This document shows positions 25,992 through 38,994 of a stretch of 64,000 nucleotides of DNA, piece by piece. Position numbers and translations under genes: made by a program. Positions within the stretch are counted from its first letter, which is position 1, and every line of letters starts with the position of its first letter. Source of the DNA: Dimorphilus gyrociliatus (taxonomy: Eukaryota > Animalia > Annelida); contig CAJFCJ010000012.1 of NCBI GenBank assembly GCA_904063045.1, positions 1,488,001 through 1,552,000 of the forward strand. Reading direction: 5' to 3'. The notes under the pieces are model-generated. The model was not told the origin of the DNA. It was given only the letters and a program-made list of their open reading frames with translations, and ran no database searches.

Positions 25992-26362
25992 TGATAATCA
26001 TACGTTTAAAGAAAAAAAGAATCATGCAGACGTTCTAAATGTGTTACAAATGTGCTCACGTTATGCACTTACACAACACACCTTGTTTTCTTCCGATCGC
26101 CCAAAAATACGAAGTCGTTATAAATTATTATCCGTGTATAATCCTGTTGATCTTTTATTAGTTATTATAATAACAACTACAACAAATATTCCATAAAAAA
26201 CAATATATTATAGTTATTGCCTACCAATTTGTCGTCGATAAAGTGGTTGAGCCGTATTATATTTTTATAATAAAATAATTATTGCCAGAAAACAAACAAA
26301 ACAAACAATTTAAATGTCTTCTATTAAAATACAAACAAATTAAAAACAAAGGAAAAAATATT

Positions 26363-26376
26363 CCGCTAGATGGCAC
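26363..26376 (+). promoter_or_regulatory. CTCF-consensus-like site CCGCTAGATGGCAC between SHOC2 and the kringle gene
   Basis: Near-perfect match to the bilaterian CTCF core CCASYAGRKGGCRS. Binding is not demonstrated. Confidence 0.55.
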
Positions 26377-26616
26377 TTTTGTATATAGTATACAGAAGGA
26401 ACAATCCATCTTTTCTTTTCCCGCGTTAAATTAATAATTACTAAAGTTAAATAATGATTTTCCTTTCACTGATTGAAAAGGAAATTGTATAGACTTTTTA
26501 AATAAAAAATAATAGGTATCACTACAGCGGGACGTAAGTGATATATGTGAACCAGCAAATGTGAAATGTCGATAAAAAGCGAGAAAGGATTGTTTTCGAC
26601 ATTAATTCTATTGGAA

Positions 26617-28788
26617 ATGAGCTTGACGAAGTTTATTATAACTATTGGCTTGTTAGCAAGCTCAATCGACGACTGTCAAGGGAAAAGGGGATTGATTAAA
26701 GGTAAAATATATTATTAACTCATTTTTCTTTTCCATCAGTCATCTTAGTTTTCCCTTTAGTTTTATTTTTTTTTCTTTACCTAATTTCTAGAATGTAAAG
26801 TATCCGATGTCGGATTCGATTATCAAGGTAAGGAATTTCGAAAGACCACTTCCGGTAGAGATTGCCAAAGATGGGATTCTCAGGAACCTCACCCACACGA
26901 TTACACAGCTGAAGACTTTCCTGAATATAGTACAGTTTATCTTTGCTTTTGTTTTCACAAAAAATACTCTGTTATTTACAATTTATTGTGAAAAATAGGT
27001 CTAAAAGAAGCCAGCAATTACTGCAGAAATCCTGAAGAAGAAGAGGACGGCCCGTGGTGCTTTACCCAAGATCCTGATGTAGAATGGGAAATTTGCAGTG
27101 TACCTAAATGTCATGATAAACCCGAATGCCGTTTTACGGAAAAAGCCGTTGAATATAAAGGATCCCTCTCCAAGAGTTGGGACGGCACTGACTGTCTGTT
27201 TTGGAATGAACTTTCAACCTCAATTGAGGGAGTTAACGAGAAAGATAAGAACTTCTGTAGAAATCCGAATGGAATGTGGGAAGGTCCAGGTTGTTATGTT
27301 GCTGAAAATGTATGGCGACTATGTGAAATTGAGTATTGTAAACGTAAGATAATTGTTTATTTGTTTCTATTTCGGATTGACCCTTTTTGTTTAACTTATC
27401 AATCTTTCACAGCCGCTACTCAATGTAAAAGAACTCAGACAGGAGCTGAATACAGCGGTTCTTTAGCTGTCACTAAATCTGGCAGACCCTGCCAAAGATG
27501 GGACACGCAAGCTCCGCATAATCACTCGTTTAATAATCCTGAACAATTTCCAGAGGAAACCTTATCAGAAGTTTCCAATTTTTGTAGAAATCCCGACAAC
27601 TCCCCTGATGGTCCTTGGTGTTTAACCCTAGACCCAGATATTATAAGGGAATCGTGCCATATACCAATATGCGATAATTGCGCCCCAAAACAACAGCCAA
27701 GAGCCTATTTTGGAAATAAAAAAACAACTTCAACAGGTAAAGACTGTCGATTGTGGAGTTTGCATTATAACGAATCCGAATCGACAAGATTTCCCGACAG
27801 TAGTGTTAAATCGGCAGAAAATTTCTGTAGAAATCCAACAAATAACGGTAACGGTCCATGGTGTTTCATTGATGCCGATGGGTCAACTGAAAGCTGTAAC
27901 ATTAATACATGCAAAAGTAGCGCTGTAGTTAAACATATACTACATATTGGGCTGGATGGATTTAAGCTGGACTGCGTTCCACCCACCAAATATCCCAATC
28001 TTAATAATTTGAAAAAAACAGCATCTTGGACTTACACTAAAGCTAGAACAACAATTCTGGCATCCTCAGCACCTGGTTGGTCGGAAGCCTTGTGTGGAAT
28101 GTCACCAGAGAGGACAGGTATATTATACAATGCATGGCTTCCACCATGGCAGGGTATGATTACTTCGATTCCAGTGACTCCAACCTCTGGAGCAGATTAT
28201 CCAATACCGTGCGCATTTAGGGTTCTTCGTGAACACGACGAATATATTCAAACTGGCGCTTTGTACGGTTGGGAATGGATAAAGAATATTGCAGGCACAG
28301 GTATGCCTGGAACAATGCATAAAGATGAATTCTGCAAGCCTCAAGGTATCATATGCGACAGAAATATCACAGAAACTCTCAAAGAGTATATACCGGAAAT
28401 AGTTAAAGCATCTGAAAGGAGCTATACTTTTGCTCATCTAGATAGTCTTGACGGTGCTGGTCATAGTCATTCCTGGTGTTCAGACCAATATTTTGATGCT
28501 ATTGAAGAAATAGATAAACTTGTTGGAGAATTACTCTCCATTCTGTCGGACGAAGTTCTTCTCATAATTAACTCTGATCACGGTGGGGTAGGTACTGATC
28601 ACGGTAATTATTTTGATGATACAATCCAAGTTCCGCTCTTCTTCCGTGGACCTGGAATCAAACGAGATTACGAAATGAAGGCTTCAGCCAGAAATCGAGA
28701 CATTTTACCAACAGTAGCCCATTTATTGGGTATTCAAGCTAACCCTCATTGGGATGGTCGTTTATTGAAGGAAATATTAGACTTGTAA
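26617..28788 (+). CDS. Secreted protein: signal peptide + 4 kringle domains + alkaline-phosphatase-superfamily (type I phosphodiesterase/NPP-like) domain. Exons 26617-26701, 26792-26929, 26999-27343, 27413-28788
   Basis: All introns are phase 1 and internal exon lengths are multiples of 3. Four kringles carry (Y/F)CRNP...GP(W/G)C(F/Y/L) motifs. The C-terminal domain has IGLDG, SSAPGW, DGAGH, SDHGG...[13 protein letters not shown] and [12 protein letters not shown]. Confidence 0.88.
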
Positions 28789-28962
28789 TCAAAATAATAA
28801 TAAAAAATCGCTCTTTATATATATATAGAAAAAAACAGAGTAATAATAAAGTAACTCTAATATGAAAACAATTTCAATAATGCACTAAATTCAGCAATGG
28901 GAAGGGAGCTTTTTCTTTTCAGGGAAGCTTTATAAGCAGTTATTTTATTGTTTTTCATTTTT

Positions 28963-30632
28963 CTAATCATCCTGTAAAAGAAGAGAAAAAGGAAATAATG
29001 AAAGACAATCGTCTAAAAATAAATGGGATATTTTTTGTCTTAATTGCAATTAACAAAAGTAATTTATTAAGAGTTAATTGCTAAGCAAAAAAGAGAAGGC
29101 GGAAACAATAAATACGTGAATTATTGTTTAAGTGATAATTTCAAATTAGTTGTATTAAAATTTTGAAAGACAGAAATACGTGCCCATTCTTGGTCTTCTA
29201 CACCTTCCATTCCATCTTGTTCCAAGCCTCTATCAGTGTTAACTTTAGAACTAAAAGATTCGAGAAGCTGTGCAGAAGTAGATAACGTATAGGATTATAT
29301 TAATTAAAAAAAGCTGAAAGTCATAGAGTTAAGGTTAAGTGTCATGAGGGAAAAGATTCCGGTTTTAGCGTCACATGAGCTAATATATATTATAAATATG
29401 TCTATTATGAATAAATTACGTACAATATTTACGCAAATGGCTTAAGAAGTAGCTCTGTTGGGTTTTAGCATTCATTTTGAACACATTTGATGACATAATT
29501 ACTTTATTATAAAAGTACTTGTCAAGAGAATTTTAGTCAGGTTTAAAGATAATTAAATAACTTACTTCATCTCTCTTTTCGGCATCAGTTTTCGTTTTAA
29601 CTTCCGATTCAAACTTATATTTGCTTGCTCTTGGCTTATCTGGATGATCGCTAAGATTATCCATATCAGTCGGCTTTAAGTCGATTGTTCTGAGAGGTTT
29701 GTTTCCACCTTGTTCCCACTCATCAGGTGTCATAGAAGGCTCCCACAGAGCTTTTGTTGGAGGAAAAATATCGTCTTGGAAATATTCCATTTTACGCCTA
29801 GGAACAGTAATGGGAATAGGTTCGATAGTTGAACGCGTAAGGCGTAAAATTCTAGCAAATTCGACAGCCTTAACATTACATTCAGTTTTAGGTAAAAGAC
29901 CAAAACCCTGATGGGCTCCGTCACCTTTTATGTCCGATAAACGAGACAAGTAGGGAGCTTCGTTAATTGCTTCAAAAGCGAATATAGTTCCATCACCCTT
30001 TAACAAAAGTAAAATTTAATCGCTACAACGACAAACCAAAGAAGCTTACTCGGCCAGTTGCGAATATTGTTCGACTATCTTCGTCGTATAGCATCATAAG
30101 CGTTGCCGGCGATACATCTATTTCTTCGCATGCAAGACTAACTCCTTGCAAATTAACAGCATCGAATATAGATATATTTCTTGTTTGTTGCCTTGTGAAG
30201 TTACTAACAGCTAGTTTGTCACCACCACAAACATATTGGATTCTTCCCCCTCGGCTATTTTCAATTATTGCGGAAGCTTGCTGTTTAATTAAAACCGGTC
30301 TCCTAAATAAACATAATTAGCAGGATTATATAAAATCAGCTTACCTTCACTGGATCTACAGATTTCCTTGGCTCATAAACCCTGATTTTCGAATCTTTAC
30401 ACAGGGTAACACACTCTGAACCATTCGGATGCCATGATAAGTTGAAGATAACATCCGTGTGACCATTTAAAGTGTGTGAGCAAGACTTTTTGTCTAGATT
30501 CCATATTTTCACTGTAAAATCGAAAGAACCACTAGCTAAAACATCCTTCGCTAACGGATGAAATTTGATGAAGTAGATCTTGTCGGAGTGATCTAAAAGG
30601 GTAAAATGTTAAAAATAGAATAAAGTATACTG

Positions 30633-30682
<50 letters not shown>

Positions 30683-33538
30683 TTACCCCTGAGGGAAAAT
30701 TGTGGTTCTTTCAAAGTCTCTTCTAGACCCTCTGTAGGAATAGTCCAAATATTTATGGTAGATTCTTCAGTACCAATGGCAATTCGGCACTCATTAAATG
30801 GATCGAATGCGAGGTCAGTAACATTGGAACCGTTGTGTAAAACAGGAAGACCAGTTACTGGTAGCTTGCCGTATTTTGACAGCTAATAAATAGAGAAAGC
30901 AGATAGAATATTTATCTTCAAGAAAAATGATAGTAATTTGCAAGTGTTAACCTCTAGAACAGCTACACAACCTCCAGGACCATTCAATGGGAGAGCACAA
31001 CGTTTCCTGTTAACCGAAAATCCATCACTCTCACCAGGGATAGTTTTGCTTAGATTTTGTAAGTTTACAATATGGTAATTTTTGTGTAATGGTTTTCCTT
31101 GTAAATGTTTAAATTTTGAGATTCTCTGAGTTTGAAACTTTGCGCCGCCTGGCTTTTTTACAACAGGTGTGACATCATTTTTTATTTCAACCTCTGCTGT
31201 TTTCTCGGCTGCCCTTTCCTCAGACTTTTCAGGCGCTTCTGCTTCCATTCCAACAGGTTTTTTCACGTTCTTTAATTTAATTTGAGCAAACGATGGCTCT
31301 AATTGTTCCACATTACTGCCTTTGTCAGTCACAGCAACGGAATGTCGAAGCTTAACATTAAAAGGTGAAGATGATCCATTACTTTCTGAATTTGGCTTTT
31401 CCCTGCGGAGTGGATCGACATGGCGAAGTTTTACTTCTTCTACCGATTGTGTCTTTTGCAATTTAGAATGCGAATTCTTGTCAACTTCTTCTACAGTCTT
31501 TGTAGGAGGTTCCGGCATTTGTTGATTTTTCTTTGTTGGGTCTAGACTTATTTTGGACAATGGAACAATAGCTCCTGACATCCAAGAAGTCGATGTCATA
31601 GATGGCACGGAACAATTCGTATCCGGAAAGATATCAGCATGAAAGTCGTAATACGATTTTCTTGGAACAATGTAAGGTACAGGAATGATGTTGTGCGATG
31701 CCAGCAACAATACGCGATTAACTTCACCGGACATAACATTCATAGACTTCTTAGGAGCAAGAGCAGCTCCTTTAAACTGCTGAACGCTGTCAATAGACGC
31801 TACATAGGGATATTTTTACAAATTTAATAAAGCCGTATAATAAAGTAACAAGTAATAATTATCTGTTAAGTTACCCTCAGTTAAAAATGGATCTTTTTCC
31901 TGAGTTTCCATAAAAGAGATCATAGTATCACCCTATAATATAATAAGAATATTAATATTAACAATATTAAACTGATGGTCAATTTTAATTTCAATTAAAT
32001 GAAATATTGATCTGTATTAAAGTTTACCTTTCCGGCTAGGAAAAGCATATTCGTGTCAGGATCATAGAGTGGAATGAGAATTCTAAAGTGAAATAATAAT
32101 ACTGTTTAACTATATTTTAATAAAAACAAGGATATGGAAGAAAAATAGTATAAAATAGAAATAATATAACGAACCCATTATTATTTCCTGCTTCACGAGT
32201 TATTAGAGGAGAGTTAAATTTTCTAATATCATAAATATTTACTTCCCTTGACCGTTTCTATTGAAGAAACATAAACAACAAATGAAATTAGATAATACTA
32301 TATTAAAAGTAAAAAGAAAAACAACCTCAGAGAATCCTGTGCTTATGGTATAATTTCCGTCGCCGCACCAAAGACTTCTTGAATCTCTGATACCTGCATG
32401 TCCATTAGTTGAATTTGCAAGGCAATTTTTTCGTGGATCAATAATTCTTATTTTTCTATCCTTGCAGGAGCTTACAAGTAAACTTCCGTCTCCTTTCCAA
32501 GATATACTCTGTACTTGGTCGGTATGTTCATTGAACTCTACAATAAATCAGGAAAGTTAAATGGCCACTCAGAGTATATATATAACGTAACAGTATATTA
32601 CCGAAAAAGCATTTGTTGGCCTCTACGTCGTAAACCGATACAGAATGAGCAGAGGCGGTAGCAATAATATCACTTGCACAAGGATGCCAAAGTATCCTCT
32701 CAATCCTCTTGGAGAGGGCGCAAAGTTGTTTGTGGGGGTTACTTATACTCTCGGTAAAATCCTCTTGTGGTAACTTCCATAACTTAGCTGTACAATCAGT
32801 CGATGAAGTTGCCAATAAACAATCATCAAATGGTGAAAAATCGAAATCTGTGACGAATTCTGTATGAAAAAAAAAAGAACGATTAGTCAAATAAAAATAG
32901 AGAAAAATAAAGAATAGAAAAGATAAATAGATATTTTTGAAAAGGATAGAAAAGGTTTTATAAAATATATTTTCTTTTATACCTGAATGTGCCAGAATTT
33001 CGTGAGTGGTCCTCTCTACTTTTCCAGTATGTTTTAGGGATACTACACCCAATGAACCACCACCTTGAATAAATCAATTAATAATTAATAACCTAAAATT
33101 GTCAATATGGGTGTGTTTTATAATAGAATATTTACAGATATGTATATACAAATATAAATATAATAGATTATAATGGATGTATTTGTAAATATTTGGAATA
33201 TTTGTAAGGAAACTAACTCGATGTGTTGTAGGCAATATACTTGGCACTGCATTGAATGTGATTACCAGCACAATTTAATAAATTAGCCGAGTTTACGTCA
33301 GTTATCCATTGCTGTACATAAAACGGAAAGTAGTCTTAATATAAAAGCTATACAAGCACGAAACAATAAATTATTGCAGTGTAGTACGTGCCGATAAAAC
33401 GGTCCATACTCATTAGCAATGCCAATTTATTGTTTTATAATCTAGTATAAACAATTTTATAAATATCGAGGCACTTACGTCCTTTTTTGGAATCTTTGGA
33501 GCAGAGTTTTTAAATTTTGACACGTTTCTCCAGGCCAT
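28963..33538 (-). CDS. CORO7: Coronin-7 (tandem coronin, POD-1 type), multi-exon
   Basis: Start MAWRNVSKFKNS (ATG 33538). Two WD40 coronin halves (FVTDFDFSPFDD..LATSS; PYIVPRKSYYDFHADIFPDT; SKFKHLQG; VPRRKMEYFQDDIFPPT). Acidic tail EQDGMEGVEDQEW|DD-stop. Confidence 0.95.
30639..30678. repeat. (TA)n microsatellite in a coronin-7 intron
   Basis: Directly visible. Confidence 0.95.
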
Positions 33539-35444
33539 TTTTCTCTTACTTTAAAAAATAAGTTTAGGTCAACACAAAATAGACAGCGCAATAAATTTAT
33601 AAATAGGATTCAAGCAATTATATAATCGTAGGCCGTCGTAGAACTTCCGTAAACAGATCCCAGGTGACTTGAATTGCCAAGATATAAATTTCCTTATCCA
33701 AGTTCTCGCTATAGTTTTTAAACTGCTATTAACGATTCTTATCGTCAAACAATAGATTTCCCTACTTATTCGTCTGTCTTGTGATGATTCATGTGAGGCG
33801 GTTCATGAATGAGCGATAATCCAGCGATTTGACCCGAATTGACCTCTTTTGCATTGATAAATGGACAGGGATAAATTTGTAGTTGTATATACTATTATCT
33901 AATCCATTTGTCAATAAATTATGCAATAAAAATTTAAATTTTACATATCTAAAAAGTCGAATGATATCCCTTTTATCAAAGTATCAAAAAAATGGCGATC
34001 ACCGCCTAAATTTGAATTCATTCATGTCAAAGCTTGAATAGAATATTATAATTGAAAAGACTTCAGCGTTGATTGCTTCTATTAAATATTTATAAGAAAT
34101 CTTTAAATAGCATTTGTAGGTAAATAAATACGAATAACCATACATTTCCAAGATGAGAATAATTGGAAAGCAATGTTTTCAATTTCAATTTAGTAGAAAA
34201 ATAAATAAAGTTAAGATTTGTGTATTTTGGAAAAAGCTAATATGACAAATTAATTCTAAATCAAGCAGGGTTTTTTTAGATAGAATATAAACAGAATATC
34301 AGATAAGACTTAATTGAAATAGCTTACAAAAGAACATTCGAAAAAGAATACATATTGTATGCGTTACGATACATTATTCTTTTGTTCTTTTCGTGTATAT
34401 GGTATGAATCAATTTTCGTTCCATTTTCTCCAATACTCACATTAGTAGTTATTTAATAAGTTGAGAATAATCATCTTAGGAGACTCTTTAAATTAGTAGA
34501 TTAATTGGTTTGTGACAGTTTTAGTCTATATCCATTAGTTTATTCTCCAGAGTGAACTTCTACGTCCCAACTTTACTTAATTTACGTTTAAATCTCAAAA
34601 TCTCTATAGGATTAAGTTTACGGTAAATTTACCCTTGTTTTTTCCACCCATAGTTTTATATTTCTCAAAAATTCTTAATGATTTAGGCAAAAAGATAGCT
34701 TTTTATCTTTAGTAGAATTTTTATTTTATTTCTTATCGAGATAAAAGAGCTCATTCATCTCATTGGAGTTTTATCTTTATATTTGTTACTAAATCATCGA
34801 ATTTTTCTAGGATAGAATCCAAGATTTCTTAGTAATATTATTTAAACTTCTTATGTTTATTGACTTGGAATTCTAAACAGTGTTTAAGGGCTGTTTTCTT
34901 TATAAACAAACCGAAGCTAATTTGGAGCATCTTTTTTAAATAATTCTATTTTTACAAAACTTAGAATAGAAACATTCTTCTTCTGTGACCTATTTTAAGG
35001 TGCATTAACCTAAACAGGATACAATTTTATCCTTAGTGGCATTGATCTATGATTGTTAGTTCCTTATCTATATATTAATCGACTGATGTGTTCATTTATC
35101 AATTATGAACTTTAATCTAACAAAGATGGGATGCTTGAAACTCTTTTGAAAGTTACTTAAAATTCCCTGGTGATGATTGGTTAAGAAGTTTGAAAATCTT
35201 TTTTATCGAAGTTCTGTTTGGTTTGGTTATTTGTCTTTAGAGAAATATGCAAAACTGAGGTAATTTTTTTGAATAAAAATGATGGTTAATAGAAATGTTA
35301 CTCCGAGCGATAATATCACATTAAATGTTGCAAATATCAGCAGAAACGAATTTCAGTCCTGTACGCCACCTATAAATTCCAAACTGGAATGTGAAGGTCA
35401 CGCAGCCCTACCTTTTCACTTTTTCATCATTAAGTCGGTCTAAT

Positions 35445-37968
35445 ATGACGCTATCGAAGCTCAACAAATTAAATGTTCTGGAGCAGGGATCTCCAAAGAA
35501 AATTGCGGCGGGAGCCGCCCTGGCTATTGTTTCATATTATGTTCTTAGAAAGAAATTGCCTCTTATTTTTAGCTTATTGAAATCCAACAAGAAACCTTCA
35601 TCAGATAGCACGAGGAAACATATAGCAGTCAATAAAGAATTCTTTCTAAAATTGAAATCCCTAGTCAAGTTAATGATACCAAGTGTTTTTAGCAAGGAGT
35701 TCATGTTACTAATGTTACACACTGGATCTTTGGTCTCCAGAACTTTTTTATCTATTTACGTTGCTACACTTGATGGTCGAATCGTAAAGACAATCGTCGA
35801 GAAGAATTTAAGAAAATTTATTCTAATGCTTTCAGTGTGGTTACTTATAGCAGTACCAGCTACGTTCATTAACAGCTTAATAAGATTTTTAGAATGTCAA
35901 TTGGCACTTGTCTTCAGGACAAGACTTGTTAAGCATGCATACAAGAAATATTTTAAGAAACAAACTTACTACAGAGTTAGTAATTTGGATGGAAGATTGT
36001 CAAATGCAGATCAGTGTCTAACAGAAGATATAAATGCCTTTGCCAGCCATCTAGCACATTTATATTCTCATTTAACGAAACCATTTTTGGATGTATCATT
36101 GATGACATATAGTCTTCACAGAATGTCAGCTAGTAAAGGCGTTTACAGTAGAACACCAGGTTAGTTTTCAAAACAACTTAGTTTGATATTTTACCTTCTT
36201 TTTTTTATCTTAGTGTTTCTTATATTATCATAGGTTAATCAAAGTGCATATAATCTTGATAAAAAGGTCAATGCAGTTCCTTTGTATATCTTTTTTTATA
36301 GTACGAAACTAAGTACATAAAAATATTTAGGGAAAGGTTATCCTTGTAAAAGCTTCAGTTTCATGATTTTTATCACTTTTCTACAGCAATGCTCGGTCTC
36401 ATTGTTATCATTATCACTGGTAAGGTACTTAGAGCCGTATCTCCAAAATTTGGAACTCTGGTTGCTGATGAAGCTCAGAAGAAGGGTGACTTACGCTATA
36501 TGCATTCCAGAATAATAACTAATGCTGAAGAAATAGCATTCCTTAATGGTCATAAAGTAGAGCATAACCTTCTTAAAAGATCTTATACGGCCTTGATAAA
36601 GCAAATGGATAAAATTTTCTGGAAAAAGTTATGGTACGTTCAGTTAGAGCAATTTTTGATGAAGTATGTTTGGTCAGCATCTGGATTAATTATGACTGCA
36701 ATTCCTATAATGAATTCTAAGGCTAGAAGGTAATTTATACAGGTCTATAACTATCTTAAGTATTATCTAGATATATTCTTAAACGTGATTATCGTATTAG
36801 TTAATATACTGTATTTACTATAAAGTACTCTAGCGTAAAATACTGAATGGGGATTTTAATACAGATCCGACGGTCGATTAATCGATGACGACCCAGATGG
36901 AGGAGTGTCAGAAAGAACAATGAACTTTACTACAGCTAGGAATTTATTGACAACTACAGCAGATGCTGTAGAAAGAATAATGAGCTCTTACAAAGAAATA
37001 ACTGAATTGGCCGGTTACACTGATAGAGTATCGGAAATGTTCTCAGTTTTCTCTGATGTAGCTGAAGGTCGTTACGTAAGAGAATCTGCAAATCAACTAG
37101 TCGGTGGTGGAACTGTGATTGCTACCCATGATGCTATAGAATTAACTAATGTACCAATAGTCACACCGAACGGCGATGTTGTTGTTCCTTCTCTGAACTT
37201 GGAGATTCAAAAAGACATGCACTTATTGATAACCGGTAGTTTAATTTTTTTCTTCTAAGTTCAACCGTTTTAATTAACCTCTTTCTCATATTAGGTCCTA
37301 ATGGCTGTGGAAAATCGTCCCTATTTAGAATTCTAAGCGGATTGTGGCCAATAACTGGTGGTTTGATGAAGACACCCCCTCCAGAAAAAATGTTTTACAT
37401 TCCTCAAAGGCCGTATATGACAATTGGCACTCTCAGGGATCAATTAATTTATCCATACACCGGCGAAGATATGAAGAAATTAGGAATAAATGACGATAGT
37501 CTTGATGAAATAGTAAAGATTGTAAAACTTAATCATGTAGTTGAAAGAGAAGGCGGCTGGGATGCAAAGGCTGATTGGAAAGATGTATTATCGGGTGGAG
37601 AGAAACAAAGAGTGGGCATGGCCAGAATATTTTTTCACAGGCCTAGGATTGCTCTCTTGGACGAGTGCACATCTGCCGTTAGTATAGACGTCGAAGGAGA
37701 TATTTACGAACGAATTAAGTCAATGGGTATTACTATGCTTACAATTACCCACAGACCCTCTTTGTGGAAGTTTCACACTCACGTCCTTCAATTTGACGGA
37801 ACTGGTGAATGGCAACTAGAGAAACTAGATAATTCTAGTAGATTGACCCTAAACGAAGAGAAAAAGAAATTGGAAGAGCAGTTAAGGGATATTCCCCTAA
37901 TTCAAACCAGATTAAAGGATGTTTGTACTATGTTAGGCGACGATATTCCAACCCAATTAACTGAATAG
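35445..37968 (+). CDS. ABCD1/2: Peroxisomal ABC half-transporter, ABCD1/ABCD2 (ALDP)-like, 5 coding exons
   Basis: [40 protein letters not shown]-like [13 protein letters not shown], Walker A split by an intron (LLITG|PNGCGKSS), signature LSGGEKQR, Walker [16 protein letters not shown]. Confidence 0.93.
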
Positions 37969-38994
37969 TAAATAATAATAATAAAAAAAAAACAAATTTT
38001 AGGATTTATTTTTTTTCCTCCCGTTTAAAATAGCAACTTTTATTTATAAAATCGGATTAAAAGGCAACTTTTATAAATATAAATACTTCTACCCGGCTTT
38101 AGGAAATGGATTACCATTCAATTTAATACAATTCCGTTTTCAATTTTAAAAAAAAATGTGCTCACGTGCCGGAGATTATAATTACTTTACATGATTTAAC
38201 AACTGTTAATTTGTATTGAATGTATTTTGGTATTGTGATTGAATAAATCATCAATTGTTATTGCATGATAAAAAAAAATATCTCGAATTAGCTCTAAACG
38301 CCTCGTAAAACCGATGTAATAAATAACAGGGGGATTTTTTTTTTTATTACAATCATAATAGGTATTGGGAGAATAATTATTTGTCCTGAATTTAGATACC
38401 CTCAAGATTAATTTTTCAATGGTCTAGCATTATATAAAAAAGTAAATGAGATTGTGAGTTTATCCAATAAGATTTGTAACTAAACTTGCCGTTTAAATTA
38501 AGTCTAGAAAAGTAGACTAGAAAAAAATCAATTAAACTAGCGCAATAAAAACTGGAAAATAAAATGAGAAGGATTTAGTATAGACTTAATTTTAACTGGA
38601 TATTTTTGATGTATAAATTAACGTTAGGGAAGAGGAGAAGGGACTAAATGAGTAGAATTATTGACAAAACAATAGTAGAGCCAATAAGTGTTCGTTTTTT
38701 AATCCTTCACTTCTATTAATAACTTCAGATTGGGTTTCGATTTTTTAAATGATTGCTAAATTATTTCTTGAACGGTCTCTGCCTTTATACCTTTTTTTTC
38801 ATTTGGTAAACGACGGGAGACTTTTAAATAGCATTTTCGCACAAAAAAAAGTGTTTATTAAAGATTGTATAAAGAATAAAGAGGAAGAAAGAGTAAAAGA
38901 GAGAAAAAAATAAAAGATCCCGATATTCAATTGAATAAATCTGTGTGTACTTGACCATAAAAATGAGGAAGAGGAAAAAGTAATTTACTCTTTC

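Noticed and set aside
33600-35340. Coding-like texture between coronin-7 and ABCD (possible decayed gene or transposon)
   Set aside because: Stops occur in the frames examined, no ORF of 60 aa or more, and no terminal repeats or recognisable domain.
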